A stretch of 64,000 bases of DNA from the human T2T-CHM13v2.0 reference genome, Homo sapiens (GCF_009914755.1 NC_060942.1); one strand, 5' to 3'; positions 32,947 through 48,655 are shown, numbered from the stretch's first letter. The notes: generated from the letters alone by a model not told the origin. Translations and numbers: made by a program.

Positions 32947-33930
32947 CCCATAGGGTTTTTAAATTCTTACTTGCTGAAAAAAAGCCATTCTAATATAGAA
33001 ATATGCCAGCAAATAAACATACAAATAGGGGTAAATTTTTTAAATTACATTTTACAGTTTCCAATAACATCATTAATTCAAATAAAGATCATCAATTTTT
33101 GCATTAACTATTAGGACTATTTTATATTATTCTATTTGGAGTCAAAGCATTATCTTGTAAATTAGTAGCTAATTTGAAAGAAAAAATATGTATCTTTATG
33201 GAAAGTTCTGACAATCATCACTTTAACCAAGTAAGCAATCTTAGAATACCTGATACGTACAGCAGGACAAGCTGACTTTACCTGTCTCATGATGCGATGC
33301 AATAGAAAGTATTTTGCATCAGTATGATTCATTCTTGCTAAAAATATTGATCTAATCGAATCAAAAATTTAGGCCCATTTTTTATACTAAATACAGAGGA
33401 AAAAAAAAGTTGAAGGATAGCTAAAGGAAACAGATAAATTGACAATAGTAGGACACCCTGCAATACAATTGTTCTCCTTAGAAAGTCAATTTCGTAAAAT
33501 ACAAAAAATGTAAAGAATCTGTTTCCAATTAAAAAGACTAAAAAGGTCTAACAATAAAATATATGAGTAAAACTTGATGACATTCTCGTTCACAAAAACA
33601 AAACCAAAAATAAAATATATGGCAAAGTAAATATGGATGGATTATTGGATATTAGCAAATTATTAAAGTTCTCTGATATGATGGTAGTGTTACTGTTATG
33701 CTTGTTCTTATTTTTATGAGATGCATGCTGGAGTATTTAGAGGTGATGTATCACAATACCTGCATCTGACTTCCAGATACATCCATGCGTCAGTAAATAA
33801 ACAAATAGAAATAGGATACATTTAGCCAAACTTTGATTGTTATTAGCTCTTGGTAGTGGGCATATGGGCATTCATTGTATTATTTTTTTAACTTTTTTAT
33901 ATTTGAAAGTTTTCTTACTGTATTGGAAAG
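31940..33930 (+). mobile_element. Ancient L1 (L1ME/L1MC4-like) 3'UTR with embedded (TG/TA)n and (CA)n tracts
   Basis: Motifs gagatgcatgctggagtatttagaggtga and gggcatatgggcattcattgtattattt. (CA)n at 32896-32946. Boundaries approximate. Confidence 0.55.
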
Positions 33931-35008
33931 TGAGAAAGTTATAAATATCTGTGGGATTTTGAAATTTCTTAATACTGTATAAATGTGGTTTCCTCATACC
34001 ACATTACTTTATAACAGATAACTTCACTGTTACATGTTTTTCTCATTCACTGTACCCTGTAGTTTCTCCTGTCAGCTTATCTCCTCTTATGTCTCTAAAC
34101 ACACTTATAAATCAATGAAATTAATCACTATTGTTAATACACATTATATGCACATCTTTGCTGTTATCTGTCTGCTTTTCATAGACATTTTCTCTTCCAG
34201 ATTATTAAAATTCTGTCTATTTCAAGCAAAGCGTTTCATAAAGTCTTTTCAAATTCCTTAGCCAGATGTTCATTTCTCCTCCTTGAATTCCATTACAATT
34301 TTTGCTTTTAATTCTCATTGTAGCTTAAATAGCATTATTGTCGTATGTTTGTGCATTTTCCCGGCCTTTTCACATCTTCTACTTTGTTGTATGCTCCTAG
34401 CTCCTAGAGTGCTGTACACTAACTAATTATAATCAATTCATTATTTCAATTATAGTTTTTATTGTCTGACACTGTGCTAGAATGTGAACGTGCAAAGATG
34501 AATAAAAAGTTTTATAGAGTAGATATTGTTGAGAGCTCCATGAGCTTATATATATTTAATTAAGACAAACTTGAAAAAGGGGTTTCTTTTCTTTTTTTCT
34601 TTCTCATTTTCTTTTATTTTTCTTTTGTTGTTGTTGTTGTTGTTGTTTCTGAATTTACTAAGATTAAAGCGACTAGTACGCTGTCATTATCTGCCCTAAA
34701 AGGCAGGATTAGATAACATTTTAGATAACATTTTTTCTCTTACTCTCATATTGTCTTATGTAAACAGGTTTGTACTCAGAAATTACTGTTTTTAGTATTC
34801 ATCTTGTCAGCTTCTTACTTGTTTCTTAGCTACTTGGAGCCCAAAGTATGGAAAAGAAAAACCTACTAGAATATCTACTTTATCTGTTCAAGGGTTCTTA
34901 CCAGAAAATATTTTCGAGTGCTTTGACCTACTCTACTGTAAATGACCTTAGTGATAACAGTTTTAGATTGCCTATTTACTACCACAGTCTGGCCTCTATA
35001 TCACAGGC

Positions 35009-35324
<316 letters not shown>

Positions 35325-38300
35325 CCCAGCCAATTTTTACCCCATTCACTATTTCATCAAGGCTGTGTACATGTGAGACTTAATTTCACTTTTTTATATA
35401 GTACTGTATCAAACGTTTTATTAAATTCCAACTCAACTCTCCTACTCTTCTGTATCTGACATTTATTGTCACTTTTTCTGGAAAATCTGTCTACTTATTT
35501 GGAATAAATAACTGATCCAAAAACCCATAGTCAAATTTTATGACTTGGGTACTTCTGGAGCTTGAATATTATCACTAAATTCAGACATTGGATTTGCTGT
35601 ACATCCCCAGAAATTTCTCAAAAAATAATAATTTCTAAATTAATTTAGAGTTTAAATTAATTTGGAAGAACTTAGAAAATATTCTGCCACCTTTACTTTT
35701 GCAATTCTATTAGTGCAATGGTTGACTTGTATATCCATCCATCACTATCAATGCAAGAGCTGAGTGAATTTCTAGTCATCATCTCAAATTTTGTGAGGTA
35801 GGTACCATGTTTTTCTTTGCTTTTATAAAGAAAATGCATTGCCTCTTGGATTCATATACAGGCTCAGAATGCTTCAAAATGTGTGAAACCTTGAAGTAAT
35901 GATGCCATATCAAATGAACAGAAAATGAAGTGGAAAGAAGCTATCGCCTTGTGAATTTAAACACATTTTTCCTTTTTAATTTTATTTTTATAATATTTTA
36001 AATAGTGACTGTGAATCAGTCACTTAATCTCCCTGTCTCAATGTTATTCAGTGATAACTTTCTATAGTCTGTTTTTATATATTAGTTATCAAGATAATTT
36101 AAACTTAATTGGCTTCAGTATGAAGTTATCTTTTTTTTTCTTTTATAAAATTTAAAACATCCTTTAAAAAGAGTTTAATTCTCCAAGCTATGGAGCTGGG
36201 AGGAGCAATCATAAACTCGTAGATGAATTTCTGTTTAGGCCTTTCATATTATGGGTGTAAGTGTAGTAACTAATTAATTTTACCTTTCATAAGATCTTCT
36301 TCCAAAATTTGAAAAGGAATAACTTTTCTCTTCTTTACCTCTGAGGGGAAAATGTTCTGTTTGTACATCCAAACATTTAGGAAGCAGAATGATTAAACAA
36401 ATATCGACAGACCCAGGATTTTCCAGCATGTGAAGATTTATGAGTACTACTAACACTGCTAGCAACAAGCAGGGAAACCATACTGAAGTGGTTTCCCGGA
36501 TATGTCCTTGTTTTCTGGTTCTTTTTTGTTTTTTTTTCTATAACATTGGAGACTTGTAGCTGGTTGGATATATCTGTGTCTGTTCAATCTGAAAATTCTA
36601 CCTTGGCAGATTGACTGATTTCCTAATGCTAAAGAATGAGAATAGATGTTATTATAGCACAAGAAAGGGATTATCATAAATTAATCAAGTAGCTCCTCTG
36701 CACAATTTCCTTAAGTATCTGCCACATGCTCAAAACAAAATTAGAGTAAATTACAGATCAGCACATAAAGAGGCTTGAGATATAACCAGACATTCAAGAT
36801 ACACCCATAATAGATAGGTTAACTATGCAATATATAAACATAACTACATATTTATTTATGTGCTTTATGTTATAAATAAAGAATGGATCCAAAGAAGTGG
36901 AAGAATAACAAGAGCTTCAAGAGCTTTAAGAGCTAGTAGTGGGTGGCTTCATAGAAATGTTGCCTCTTGATCTGACATTAAAGGGCCATGTATAATATGA
37001 AAAGAGAGAAGGCCAACTGTAGAGAGTACTGGGCAGGATACAAAAACAAACAAAACAAACAAACATCTTGTGTAAAAAGTAAGATATAAGTGTCATCAAG
37101 TAATAACAGTGTGAGAATTATATGTGATTACAGACATAAAACCAAGCTGTCTACACGCAGTCTCTTTCTCACATTGTATAGCCTTGCATTGTTCTTACTT
37201 CTGGTCATAACAATGCGAAGAAGCAAACAAACAAACAAACAAACAAATAAACAAACAAAAAATCTCCCCCACTGCCCATCTCCATCCTAGTTACTCATTT
37301 TTATTTTTTACCCAATCTGTTTTATCCTATAAACTACTGCTAATTAGTTTGTCTAAGCACTGCTTAGATTCTGTCAGCGCCCCTTCTCAAACTCTTAAAT
37401 ACTTTCATTGCCTATGGTATGATGTCCACAAATCTTATTCTAGTATTCAAAATCCTCAGTGATTTATCTCTAACTTGGCTCTCCCGGAATATTTCCTACT
37501 TCTCCCTAACTGTTTCCTAACCTCCAACTCAATCTGTTGACTTTGCTTAGAGTGCCTCTCCTATCTTCCAGTCATCAAAATTCCTCCAGAGATTCAAGGT
37601 GCACTCTGGTTTTTATCTATTCTGCTCTTTGGATGTTCCCCAAAGGAAATGATGGCTCACTTTTTAATATGCCTATGTTTATTTATTGCATTCCACTAGT
37701 CTTTAAACATGTATTTTAAACTCTAGTTAATTTTGATATCTTAACTTACTCTTTAGTTCAGGTAGAAACTATACATTACCAGTAGTCCGGGACTAAAGAT
37801 TTAGTTTGTGCTTAACAAATGGAAGTGAACTGAACTAAATCAAATTGAATATACCATGCATGAGGAAATGTCTTGGCCTGTAGGATCCACATACGTGCAA
37901 AGGGAAATTGCAAAGACAATTGCTCATTTAATAGAAGTATTGTTCTTAATCTCAACAATGGTTTGAAAACTTACTTTAGCATATCATCTGGTGTGTTTCC
38001 AACAGAATAGCATGAAAGGACATTATTGTCTTATTTTACTGTTGAGAAAACTGAAACTCAGAGTGGTTATGTGCTTTGTTGAAACTGTCACAATTAGGGA
38101 ATTCCCAATCTAAGCTTCCAAATCAATGTCTTCTCGTTTTAAGACTTGGGTTCATTCTAATAGACAACTGTGAAATATTCTTATCAAGTCGTGTTAACTA
38201 GGGAATTCATGTACGTATCAATGACTGTAATTTTTTTTAATCTCTCCACATCTCACATGATCCAGTAAATTAGGCCATGTATTTAACAAATATTTATTAG

Positions 38301-39829
38301 TACTCCTCCCCAGCACACATACACACATACAAGCAAGCTTAGATAGACACTGGTATGCTCAAGAAGGCCTGAGCTCCACACTCCACATGGAGTTCTCTAT
38401 GATTCTGGCGTATGGGGAGGGTAGTGGCAAATGCACTAGTTATCCAGTTGCTTCTCAAAACATCCAGGAATTAGATTTTTGTTGTTGGTTTTAAGTTTCT
38501 CTACAAATATTTGAGGTCACATTAAACATAATCTTTTTTTACATGAAAATGTACCTAATGGGTTTAAATTACACAAATTCAATGGCAGGGTTTGACTGAA
38601 AAATAAGTAATCAATGAATGAAAATTTAACACAAAGCCAGAGAGCCTTCATTGAGGTCAAAATAGAAACCAGACCTGAAGTCTGTATGTTAGGCATACCA
38701 CAATTATAGTGTCTCTTTTGACATTATGGATATTGATGAACCCTCACAGGTCAGGAACTCAACCTTGGAAAATTGCTTATTCAAATGATGTACAATCTTG
38801 AAGTTGCTGAGTGAGCCATAGCTCAGCCTCTCTGTGAATATTCCCAGGGCTTCTCAGGCTGTTCTCAGATGGAAAAGTTGGCAGAAATGCTCAGCTTGCA
38901 GTACCCTACATTCCATTTGGATCAATTCCTAGATGGAAACAGGACCTAAATTATGTTGAATCATCTAAACATTTGGGGAGTGGGAGCAGTTGTGGCAATC
39001 GCCTCTAAATATATAAGGTGAAGGGAAATGATTTCATAATTTAATTTACTTGGTCCATTTCTTATGTTTACATGCTTAATGTGTTTTTATCCACAGTTGA
39101 GGATCCATGACTTTTAGTCCAAGGTTTTTTTTTTTGTTGTTGTTTTTTTTGTTTTTTTTTTTTTTACCAGTATCAGTACTAAGCTGTTGGTAGCAGTAAG
39201 CAAGTAAATACAGGATGGACTAGACATGGATTTATGGCTGTGAGACAGTGTACTCAAGGATTTCCAAGGAGAATTAATAAAGCAAGAATGTGTGTGCAGA
39301 TAACATAACTGCTGCATGAGGTAAAAATTAGGTGAAAGCTTAAAAGTTTCTATTCAGAATAGAATAAAGGAAAATGGCAGATCCCACGTTGGTACTTAAG
39401 AAGGGCCAAAACACTATGATACAGAGTGTGAATAGATAGAAATGCTGAGGTTGAGTCAAAAGAAACAAAATGTAATGAAGACATGAGACAAAATTCATTG
39501 TCTATGAATTTTAAAAGACTTTTGCTTCCCACATATGATGAGGAAAAAATATTAAACACAGGAAAAGAAAATCAGATAGGAAGACTTGTTTAAATACTAC
39601 TGAACCCAGGTTGCTTTTTATGGATAGGCCCATATAAAAGCATAGCAATGGCAGGAAAAGATGACCCCAACCATATTTTATCTATTCTTAACCTTGATGT
39701 TAAACACCTTTGCAGTGTGAGAAAAAAGTGACAGGAGAGTTTATGACTATGCCGTGTTCTCCAAAGAAACCCAGCCTTGCAGAGCCAGGCCTGTGAGTGC
39801 AGTATAGTAGAGGGAAGATTCAAATCCTG

Positions 39830-40030
39830 AACATCTGTGTTTTACCAAGCACTTTACATATACTGTTTCATGAAAGCCTGCAAGGTAGTTATGCATTGCA
39901 CAAGATGAGGAAACCAAGTTGCAGAATAACTTGCTCAATGTCACCTAACCAATAATGGAGAATGATGAAGTTAAAATCATGATGTGTCTGTTGGCAAAGT
40001 TTGTACATTTTCTAGCCATGCTAAGCTGCC
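39830..40030 (-). mobile_element. MIR
   Basis: ccaagcactttacata...gatgaggaaaccaag...taacttgctcaatgtcac. Confidence 0.7.
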
Positions 40031-41799
40031 TCTTGGTTGGTAAGATTCCTAGTTAAATGAATAGAGGTCATTTTCTGAAGTTAATGAGAACTTGGAGTAA
40101 AGAAAAAGAATAAAATATTATGACAGAAAGGATGCTTACATAAAATAAGGGAGCTGTCTACACAGCAAGATTAACTCATCAAAGTATAATAATAACGAAC
40201 AAGAAAAAGGTTTGAGAGAGCTGTGAGGCTGCTAATGATGAAAAGTGTGACTGCAGTTATTAATAAAATAAAAAATTTACTCTGAAATTCCTAGATATAA
40301 CATCTTCTCAACAAATATAACCAGAAAAACATGCCCAAACACTTGAAGAACTGTAACATCAATTTCTTCCCTTATCACAATTAAATGTTTACTAGTTCAT
40401 TCTTTTCCATATTCTTTAGTATTCTCAGAGAATTATGCATACTTTTTTACTCTCTGGAATACATTTCAGTGAAACATGTAAAATTTGAATAGCCTGTTAT
40501 CTGATCTGGAAATAAATGTGCTTGCTAAATACTTCCTGAGCTTTGTTGCCAGTTGGACTTTCAACTCATGATTCCAACATTTCCAGGTTTTCCTTTCTAC
40601 ACTATCTTGTACAAATGAATTGTGCTGAATTTGTGGTTTATAAATGGTATTTGATTTCTTCACTCATGTTTCACCCTTTGCAAAAATTCATAGCATCCTA
40701 AAGTTAGTTTGAAGGGAACACATTTAGTAGAGTTAAAGGAAGGCAACTCTGCAAAAGGGAACACAGGTAGAAAACTTGAAAAGACTAAAGGTGTGAGTAT
40801 AATGGTTCCAAAAAGGAGACCTTAGATGAACAGAGTTGCTAAACACAATGTTAGAATTTAATGCTGGGAGAAGAGCAGAGTGAAAAAAATCACAGAACTG
40901 GTCATCACCTCTAATGTACTAGGCTTCCAACCAATTATATGACATTGAGAAAGTCTTCCTACCTCTTAAATGGCTGTTTTAAGGCTTAGGGAATAATATT
41001 CGCAAACAAGCAAGTCACAGATTTTAGTAGCTTCAACAACAGTGGATTAGCTGGGAGCTCATCTTCGTATCATGGGAGTGAGGGTGACAGAGCAACAATT
41101 CTATCTGAAACATTTCCAAACACCAACATAATACAGGAAAAAAAGAATCTGGAAACACATTCTTGGCTCTCAAAACTTCCACATAAAATGACAACATTAC
41201 TTTTCTATACTCAAACAAATCATCTGCCTCATCCACCTTCCTTCAGGTGAGGTGAAGTGTGATCTTTTATGTTGCTAGAGTAGAAAAAGCTTGGGATTTT
41301 GGATAGTCCTGCTAATATAAAGTTTATTTTGTAACATCCTGTGAAACATACTGCTGGGAATGTACACATAAGAGTGAAGAGGCGATGCTGTGCATGAGTA
41401 CTTTCTTGTTCAAAAAGAGTCCCTGCAACAGCTACTGTCACTGCCAGAAGTAGTGTTATCTCTTGGAGGCCTCCAAAATATATTGGTTTTAACTTAATCA
41501 ATCCCTCCTGATGCTAGGAAGGTAGCACAGACCAGCCAATAAAATTGAATAATTCAGATTACAGAATTAACTCGTTAATGTCCATTTGTATCACTCCATG
41601 AAACAAAGCTCGGTCATAAAAAGACATAGGAAAAATATTTTTTTTTTCATAAGAGAGAGGGAAAGATTTCCAGCACGAGCAGCCAATGTCCAGGGATGCA
41701 ATGCCTTTCCAAGTGACGGAAGGCAGTGAAAGGGTAACCCTAAAGCACTGAGTTTGACGAAAGAAGGATAAGGTGGAATGGTTTCTTGAATGAATTATC

Positions 41800-42340
41800 T
41801 TTTTCTTCTTTTTTAACAATATCTTAAGGCATAATTGATATGCAAAGAACTGCACATATTTAAGGTTACAATTTCATGAGTTTGAACACATGCAAACAAT
41901 TGTGTGATACCATTACCACAATCAAGGTTATAGACATGTCCAACGTCTTCCAAAGTTTCCTTTTGTTCCTTTGTTTTTATTTCACTTTTTTATCTTGTTT
42001 AGTGATAAGAACACTTAACATGAAATCTACCTTCTTAACAAATTTTGAAGTGCACATTACCATACTGTTCACTAGAGGCACTATGTTGTACAGCAGATCT
42101 CTAGAACTTCTTCATCCAGCATAGCTGAAATTCTATTCATTGAACAACAACTCCACACTTCCTCCTCCCACCAGCCTCTGGCAACCACCATTGTACCTCT
42201 GTATCCATGAGTTTGACTATTATAGGTACTTCATATAAGTGGAATCATGCAGTATTTGTCGTTTAGCAACTACCTTATTTCAAATAGCATAATGTCCTCC
42301 AGGTTCACCCATGTTGCTGAAAATAGTAGGATTTTCTTCT
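41800..42340 (-). mobile_element. L1MB-like 3' end
   Basis: gataagaacacttaacatgaaatctacc...cagcagatctctagaactt...ataagtggaatcatgcagtatttgtc. Confidence 0.75.
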
Positions 42341-45300
42341 TTAGAAAAATACTCAATATTATTAGTAGCATTAGTAATCACGATAATAATTATAATCCTA
42401 TATGTGGAAATGTTATGCATTTATATTTATTATCCCATCAGGTCTTGTTAAAAAAAAAAAAAACTGTGTAAAACAGAACAAGTTACTTTCTTGAAAATTC
42501 TTAGAAATTTTACGTTACATGCTCATATGATTAACATATGTTATAGCCCCAAGAAGCAATACACTTCATTTAGACAGAAAATAAAGAACTAAAACATGTA
42601 CTTTAGCAAAGAGAGAATGGAAGGAGGGAAATTCTATGATTTAATAGCAACCATTCATCAAGATGTACTGTCACTGCACCATTCCAAATTTATAACTAAG
42701 CCTGAAAAAGTATATGATATGAAATTTAATTTTCAGTTTTAATTTTTCTCTCTATATGCTTAGAATTAGAGATGCAAATTTCAAGGGAAAAATCATTTTT
42801 CAGCAACCTTTTGAGCTTATGTCTTGTTGGGGGAAGACATACATACATACATACATACATGCATATCTGCATATATAAAATAAAACCACCTGGTATTTGA
42901 AACTCGACATCTGCCACTATGATTTTTTGGTTAAAGATCAGAACCCAAAGGAATAGAAAAATAACAACAAACAACTTTTAATTTAGTTAGTGTGTACAGA
43001 AATATTCACATGCCTCAGTAGATAACTCATTCATAACCTTCCAAAATCTAGCTAAAACATATATTTGTAATTCTCTTTTCTCCAACATGTTTACCTCAGT
43101 AACAATGAATTGGTTGATATTGACAAGCTATGAACTTTATCAGCATTTTTTTCTTTTACAAATGCCTATAAATGTTCAAATGTTTAAGTTTGTCTTAAGG
43201 TCACATTTGCAATGAATAGCAGCAAATTTATTGTTATAATTACTCTTTCCATTCTCTATAATCCCATTGTACTTCATATCACTATTATGGAATGTAATAC
43301 ATTTTACCATGTGCTTTAAGTCTTGTACATACATATGTCTATTTCTGTGTTTGAGAAGACCTTGAGGGCAGGTATTGTGTTTTATTGATCTCTTAATCCC
43401 ATCAGTTACAAATTCTACAAGCATTTGTGTGTCTAATACTTTTCCTGATTTGAAATAAATTCCCATTGCTCTTCTAGTACACCACATGCCTTCAAAGTAC
43501 CTAGCCATTACATGAATTATCATTGCTACCTTCAAAACATCTCTAAATCTTTTTAAGACGAAACTGTTTGTTTAGATCTAGGTAACTGAGCAATTTCAAA
43601 ACATCAGAGCATTAGTTTAGATTCTCAGTAATGTGTCAGGGATGGAGGAGAGAAGTGGGGTGCAGAAAAAGTGTTATTACCACAAAGGATAACTCATTCA
43701 TGTTACTTTCTGCCACAGCATCTATGGGCTTATTCCTGAGCACTGGCACATATAACTCATGGCTATAGCTAACTGGCAACATGCAAACTAAAAGGACTCT
43801 GAAAAGAACTATCTTTGTTTGGAAACAGGGGAAAGATAATCTCTAGGACTCATCTAATTCGACACAAAGTTAGCAGAGAGGAAATTTTTCCCAGTTCCAT
43901 GCAAAAAAGAGTTGCAGTGTGACATCGGGGCTTTAAAAACACCACACTTTCTGATCACTGACAATGCTGGTGGTTTGGGCCTATGAAACACCTGCAAGCA
44001 GGAAGGCACTCATTAGCTGCAATGTGGGTACTTTCTGCAGTGTTGATACATAGCAGGAGGAATCTCACTGTCACATTATGGCAGCATTACTTGAGGCCTT
44101 GAAGCTTCCAGAGCATCACCACAGGGAGGGATGCTGACCATTGAGTGGAAGAAAATGGCTAGTACATTGAAAACTGTACTTGTGTGCATATAGGTGATGT
44201 TCCCTTAAAGCTATCGGAAATAGAAAATTGTATGGGTTTGGGAATCGATGATAGAGGATCAACTGAGAATTCTGGAACCAGAAGCATTTGAGGAAGAATT
44301 CCAACTACTGATTGTGACTGTAAGCGTGGTAGTTGTCATCTCTAGCCGGTATGGCCAGCCAAGTAACAGCTTTTTAGGGATGCAGAAACACAAGTGAACA
44401 GAAATGAATTTTATACAACCAGTAAATGAGAGCTGTTGCTTCCTTCTTTAGTCTTTCTGCATTATTTTCTAGAGCTCTTATTTTATACCCTCACTTTCAC
44501 AAGGCATCAACCATTATGCTGCCCTTCAGCTGGCCAAGAACGTGACTTCTGATTCTCAATAATGCATCTATTTCTGAACCTCTAACTCTATGTCAAAACA
44601 AACCATACACTAAACCAGGATCTTTATTTGTAATAATGCAGAGGGCAAAGGATAAGTTATTCAGATGTCTTAATTGTGAAGTACCAGAAGACTACTTCAG
44701 CTTTGCCTGTATGCCAGCCCTCCTGTATGAAGTAGTATATAATGTTCTGATCTATATGCCAGCTGGTCCTATTGTGATGCTGTTAGGTACCAAACACCAA
44801 AGTCCTGTTGTCTATACAGGGAGGTCGTATGGTTAATTAGATCTCTATTGTCTTTTAAGTGTTAAAGTTCTATCATTCATAGTCTGATTAAAGTTAGAGT
44901 TTTTTTAAGAAAGCCCTACATATCTGTTACCACTTTTGGGAATTTCCTGACTGCAGGATTTCACAGTGGGAAGTGGCCATTCTTTACAGTAGAGAGGAGC
45001 TCTCTGTATTTAGCCATCTTTAAGCTCACAGACTGGAACCCTCGTCTGTTGACTTGTAAGCCTGTATGGAACATATCATGTTATTGGTAACATTTTCACC
45101 TCTCAGAGGTTATTTCAAATCACAACACAACAAAAGGAGCAGTCTTGTGTACCTTGAGTGAAATTTTATTGCATCCCACTTTGCTTCTAGTGCACTGATG
45201 ACAAATTTAGCCTTTTCGTTTTCATTGTAAGGGGAGAGCTGTCAATTTAAAAGAGATGGCAGTCATGTTCCAAAGGTCAGGCACAATTTCTGAGAGTATT

Positions 45301-45769
45301 GTATGCCTAAGATTTAAGACAGAAGATCCTGAATGTAGTTTTCTTTAAGCTATTTTTCTCCAGTTGGGCTTTTCTAAATTAAGAAATTTAATAAAAGCTA
45401 AAATTAGAGTCCAAATTTGGTTTTTCAGCTGTTTATTCATATTTTTTGATGTGATTATGACTAATTAGGGACACAGGCCTTAAAAATGCCCAACCATTAA
45501 ATTTTTAAGTACATTTATGAAAGGCATTCCAGATTGAAAGCAGGATGACATGAGGAAATAGTATGTTGACTGGTTCTTCCAATTTACTATTGGACAGTAA
45601 AAAATCCAAATAATTTCTTAGAGAATTGTAGGAAATCCTGTATTCTAGGTCTATTTTCTTTTATTCTAAGATGCAAAAGTAAAAGAATCTTGACTAAAGG
45701 TGCATAAGTCATCAATACCTAGCACAGTTTCAGAAAGTTAGCTTCTGACATTTGTTTTCCTGATGTCTT

Positions 45770-46570
45770 TCATTCATACGTCAATTTAACACATATTGAC
45801 TAGGTACTCAGAATATATAATACATTGTTCTAGGACTGGAAAATAGATACCCTAGGTCACTGCTAGTATGAGGTCTACATATCAGTGGTTGGGAACAGAA
45901 AATAAACAAACAAATCTATGCTTCCTCAGAAAGAAATAAGAGCTATGGGGATAAATAGATTGAAGGTGGCAGAAGCTGGGGTTCAACAAAGTTGCCTTGT
46001 AGAAAAGGACACTGAGAAGACAACCAGAGGAAATGAAACAGCAAAGCCTGCTGGAATTCTAGTGGGGAGAGCATCCAAGACAGAAGGGGAGTACCTGCAA
46101 GAGAGCAGTATGTTTGATGTTTCTGATAAGCTGCAAAGCCTATAGTGGCTAAAACAAAGTAAAGGAGAAAGCAAAGAGCAGAAGTGGTCAGTGAGGCTCC
46201 TAGAGGAGACCATGGAGGTTTTGCTGGTCATGTTCAGGTGGGAAGTATTTGGAAGATTTTTAGCACAAGAATGGCATAATATGGCTTGTGATTTAAAAGA
46301 GTAATTTATTAGGACTGATGTGTAGAGAAGAGTTTTTTGGAGAGTGCTTCAAGGATGGAATTTGGGAGACTATTAAGAGACTACAGAAATAGTCCAATAA
46401 AGAGTTGATGATAACTTGAAGTGGAATAGTAGTAGTGGAGACAGTGAGTTGTTTTCAGTTAAGAGGGTGGAGCTGAAGAACCGATGGAGCGGGTTTATTG
46501 TGAGTTCTGCTTTGACTGTGTTGAATTTGAGATACCAATTAAGTATCTCACTGGAAATCCAGAATGGATC
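45770..46570 (-). mobile_element. L2 fragment
   Basis: cattcat...tattgactaggtact 3' end and purine-rich decayed body (gttgaatttgagatacc). Confidence 0.6.
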
Positions 46571-47612
46571 AATAGAAGATAATGCTGATTGAAAAAAAAA
46601 CTATATTCTTATGTGAATGAGAAGGCAATTCTTCAAACCTCAAATATAATTAAAAAAGAAACCCTCTGTAGCATGGTATTAAAGGATAAATATAAAATTT
46701 AAAAACAGAAAATTTAGGCTCAAACCACAATTCTTCCATTTCGAATAAGTTATATAATGTATTTAAACCTCAGTGTCCTATCTGTAAAATAGATTCAAAA
46801 ATAACTTTTCTAAATAGTTCACATAGTAATTTTTTGAAGATTCAATGAGTTATTGCATAAATGTGCTTTATAAATTCTAAATGAATATTACTTAAAAGTT
46901 TCTGCTGATCAGAATTGCCTGCTGATGTTTTGTTTGTTTGTTTGTTTTGATTTTGGCTTATTATTTGTATGTTTGCTTTTAAGCCTCATTATATGATTTG
47001 ACCTGAGGTTTACTGGGACAGAAACTTCAAGAATGAAGCTCGTTAATCTAGTGTTCTAAAAAAATCAAAACCCTCAACTTTCAATTTGCTTCTAGTTTTG
47101 AGACTCTGTGATCCAAATCTGTAACATTTAGTGTGTTTTAAAAATTGTATTTCATTATATAAACTGCTCTGTGAAGTCAAGCCAGTGTTATATCAGATTT
47201 GATATACAAAACTTGGCTTTGTTTAAAATTTTCTAGTGGGGACACTGTATGGGATAACAATTCTGTGACAATTCTGAAGTCAGATCTCCAGGATAATTTT
47301 GAGGAATATCAAGTTTATCTTCAGAGCCTATCACTCTTCTTCACACTATTTTTATTTGTTCACCTTACATTCTCACTTAAGAGCTCAGGTCCTCTTGGCT
47401 AAAGCAACCTGATTGAATTACACACATTCACTTCAGTTCCTATCAACTTAATGCATTATTACACTATGCTCTGAAATATCTTAAGTAATCTTAAGCAATA
47501 CATCAGCATATTCTAAAGTAGACTTTTGGAAGAGGGACTATTGAACACAAAAGAATAAACAGTAAAATCTGAAATATTTCCAGACTGACATTTATTTAAT
47601 AAAAAGAACTTG

Positions 47613-47654
<42 letters not shown>

Positions 47655-48655
47655 ATTTTTGGAAAGCGGTTTCTTTCATCTTCAGAAAAGATGAGTCTCA
47701 ATCAGTCTGAAGGAAGTTACTGAGGGAACATGGCAGCAGCCCAGGTCCCAAGTTAGTTATTTAAGAAGTCAACTGACTCAGTTACTTTTCATCTGACACA
47801 GATGCATGATTATGTGAAGGCGATGATACTGAAACTAAGAAAGAACAAGCAATGGAATAAAAAATAAGATCTATATTAACCAAATATAGATCTTGGTTTC
47901 AACATTGTTGTTTGAAAAATCTCTTTTTTTCACACTGTTCTTCATGGAAAATGTGGAAGGACTCAATTAACCAGATGTCAAAATAGAACTAAGTTATCTT
48001 GGGTTATATAGAATATGAAACCTTAAAATATTAGAACAAAATTGACTTTCTGTTCTAATAGCAGAGTTTAGACTGGGACCTTGATATCGTAACTGCCAGT
48101 CCTTTCTCAATATAGCATTTCTGTCCCTTCATGATTTTTTGCAATGTACTTATTTCTATGATAGCAAGATGAAGCTATGGAAATACTTTTTTTTTTATTT
48201 CATGGCAAATTAATTATCACTTTTTAAGTCAAAAATCAGGTCTATAATTAATAAAAATAGTTTTTCTATCTATTATTGTAGTGAAAAAGCCAACTAGCAT
48301 GGTATTTGTTTTTCTTCTTCTATTTTAGTAAAACTATATGTAGTTGTATATATATAACATAAAATTTAAAAATTTAGTGAAGGGCTTCCTCCTACTTTCT
48401 TCCAGTGAAATATGTTTTCAGAATATGGTTACAATGTTTACACTATCTCTCTTTGGAAATGAATTACTCTTTCTGTGGCTAGCTTTTGGGCGTAAGTATA
48501 CAGATTCTGTGGTCCACGTACATCAAAGAGAGGAACAAATAGAACAAGAAAAGCCTTGATATCCTGGTGTCCAAAAGTTATGTAATGAATATAAAACAAC
48601 ATGTCTGTCTGCATCTGGAGAAGTAAATTTCTCTGTCATTCTCTTTTTCTCCATG

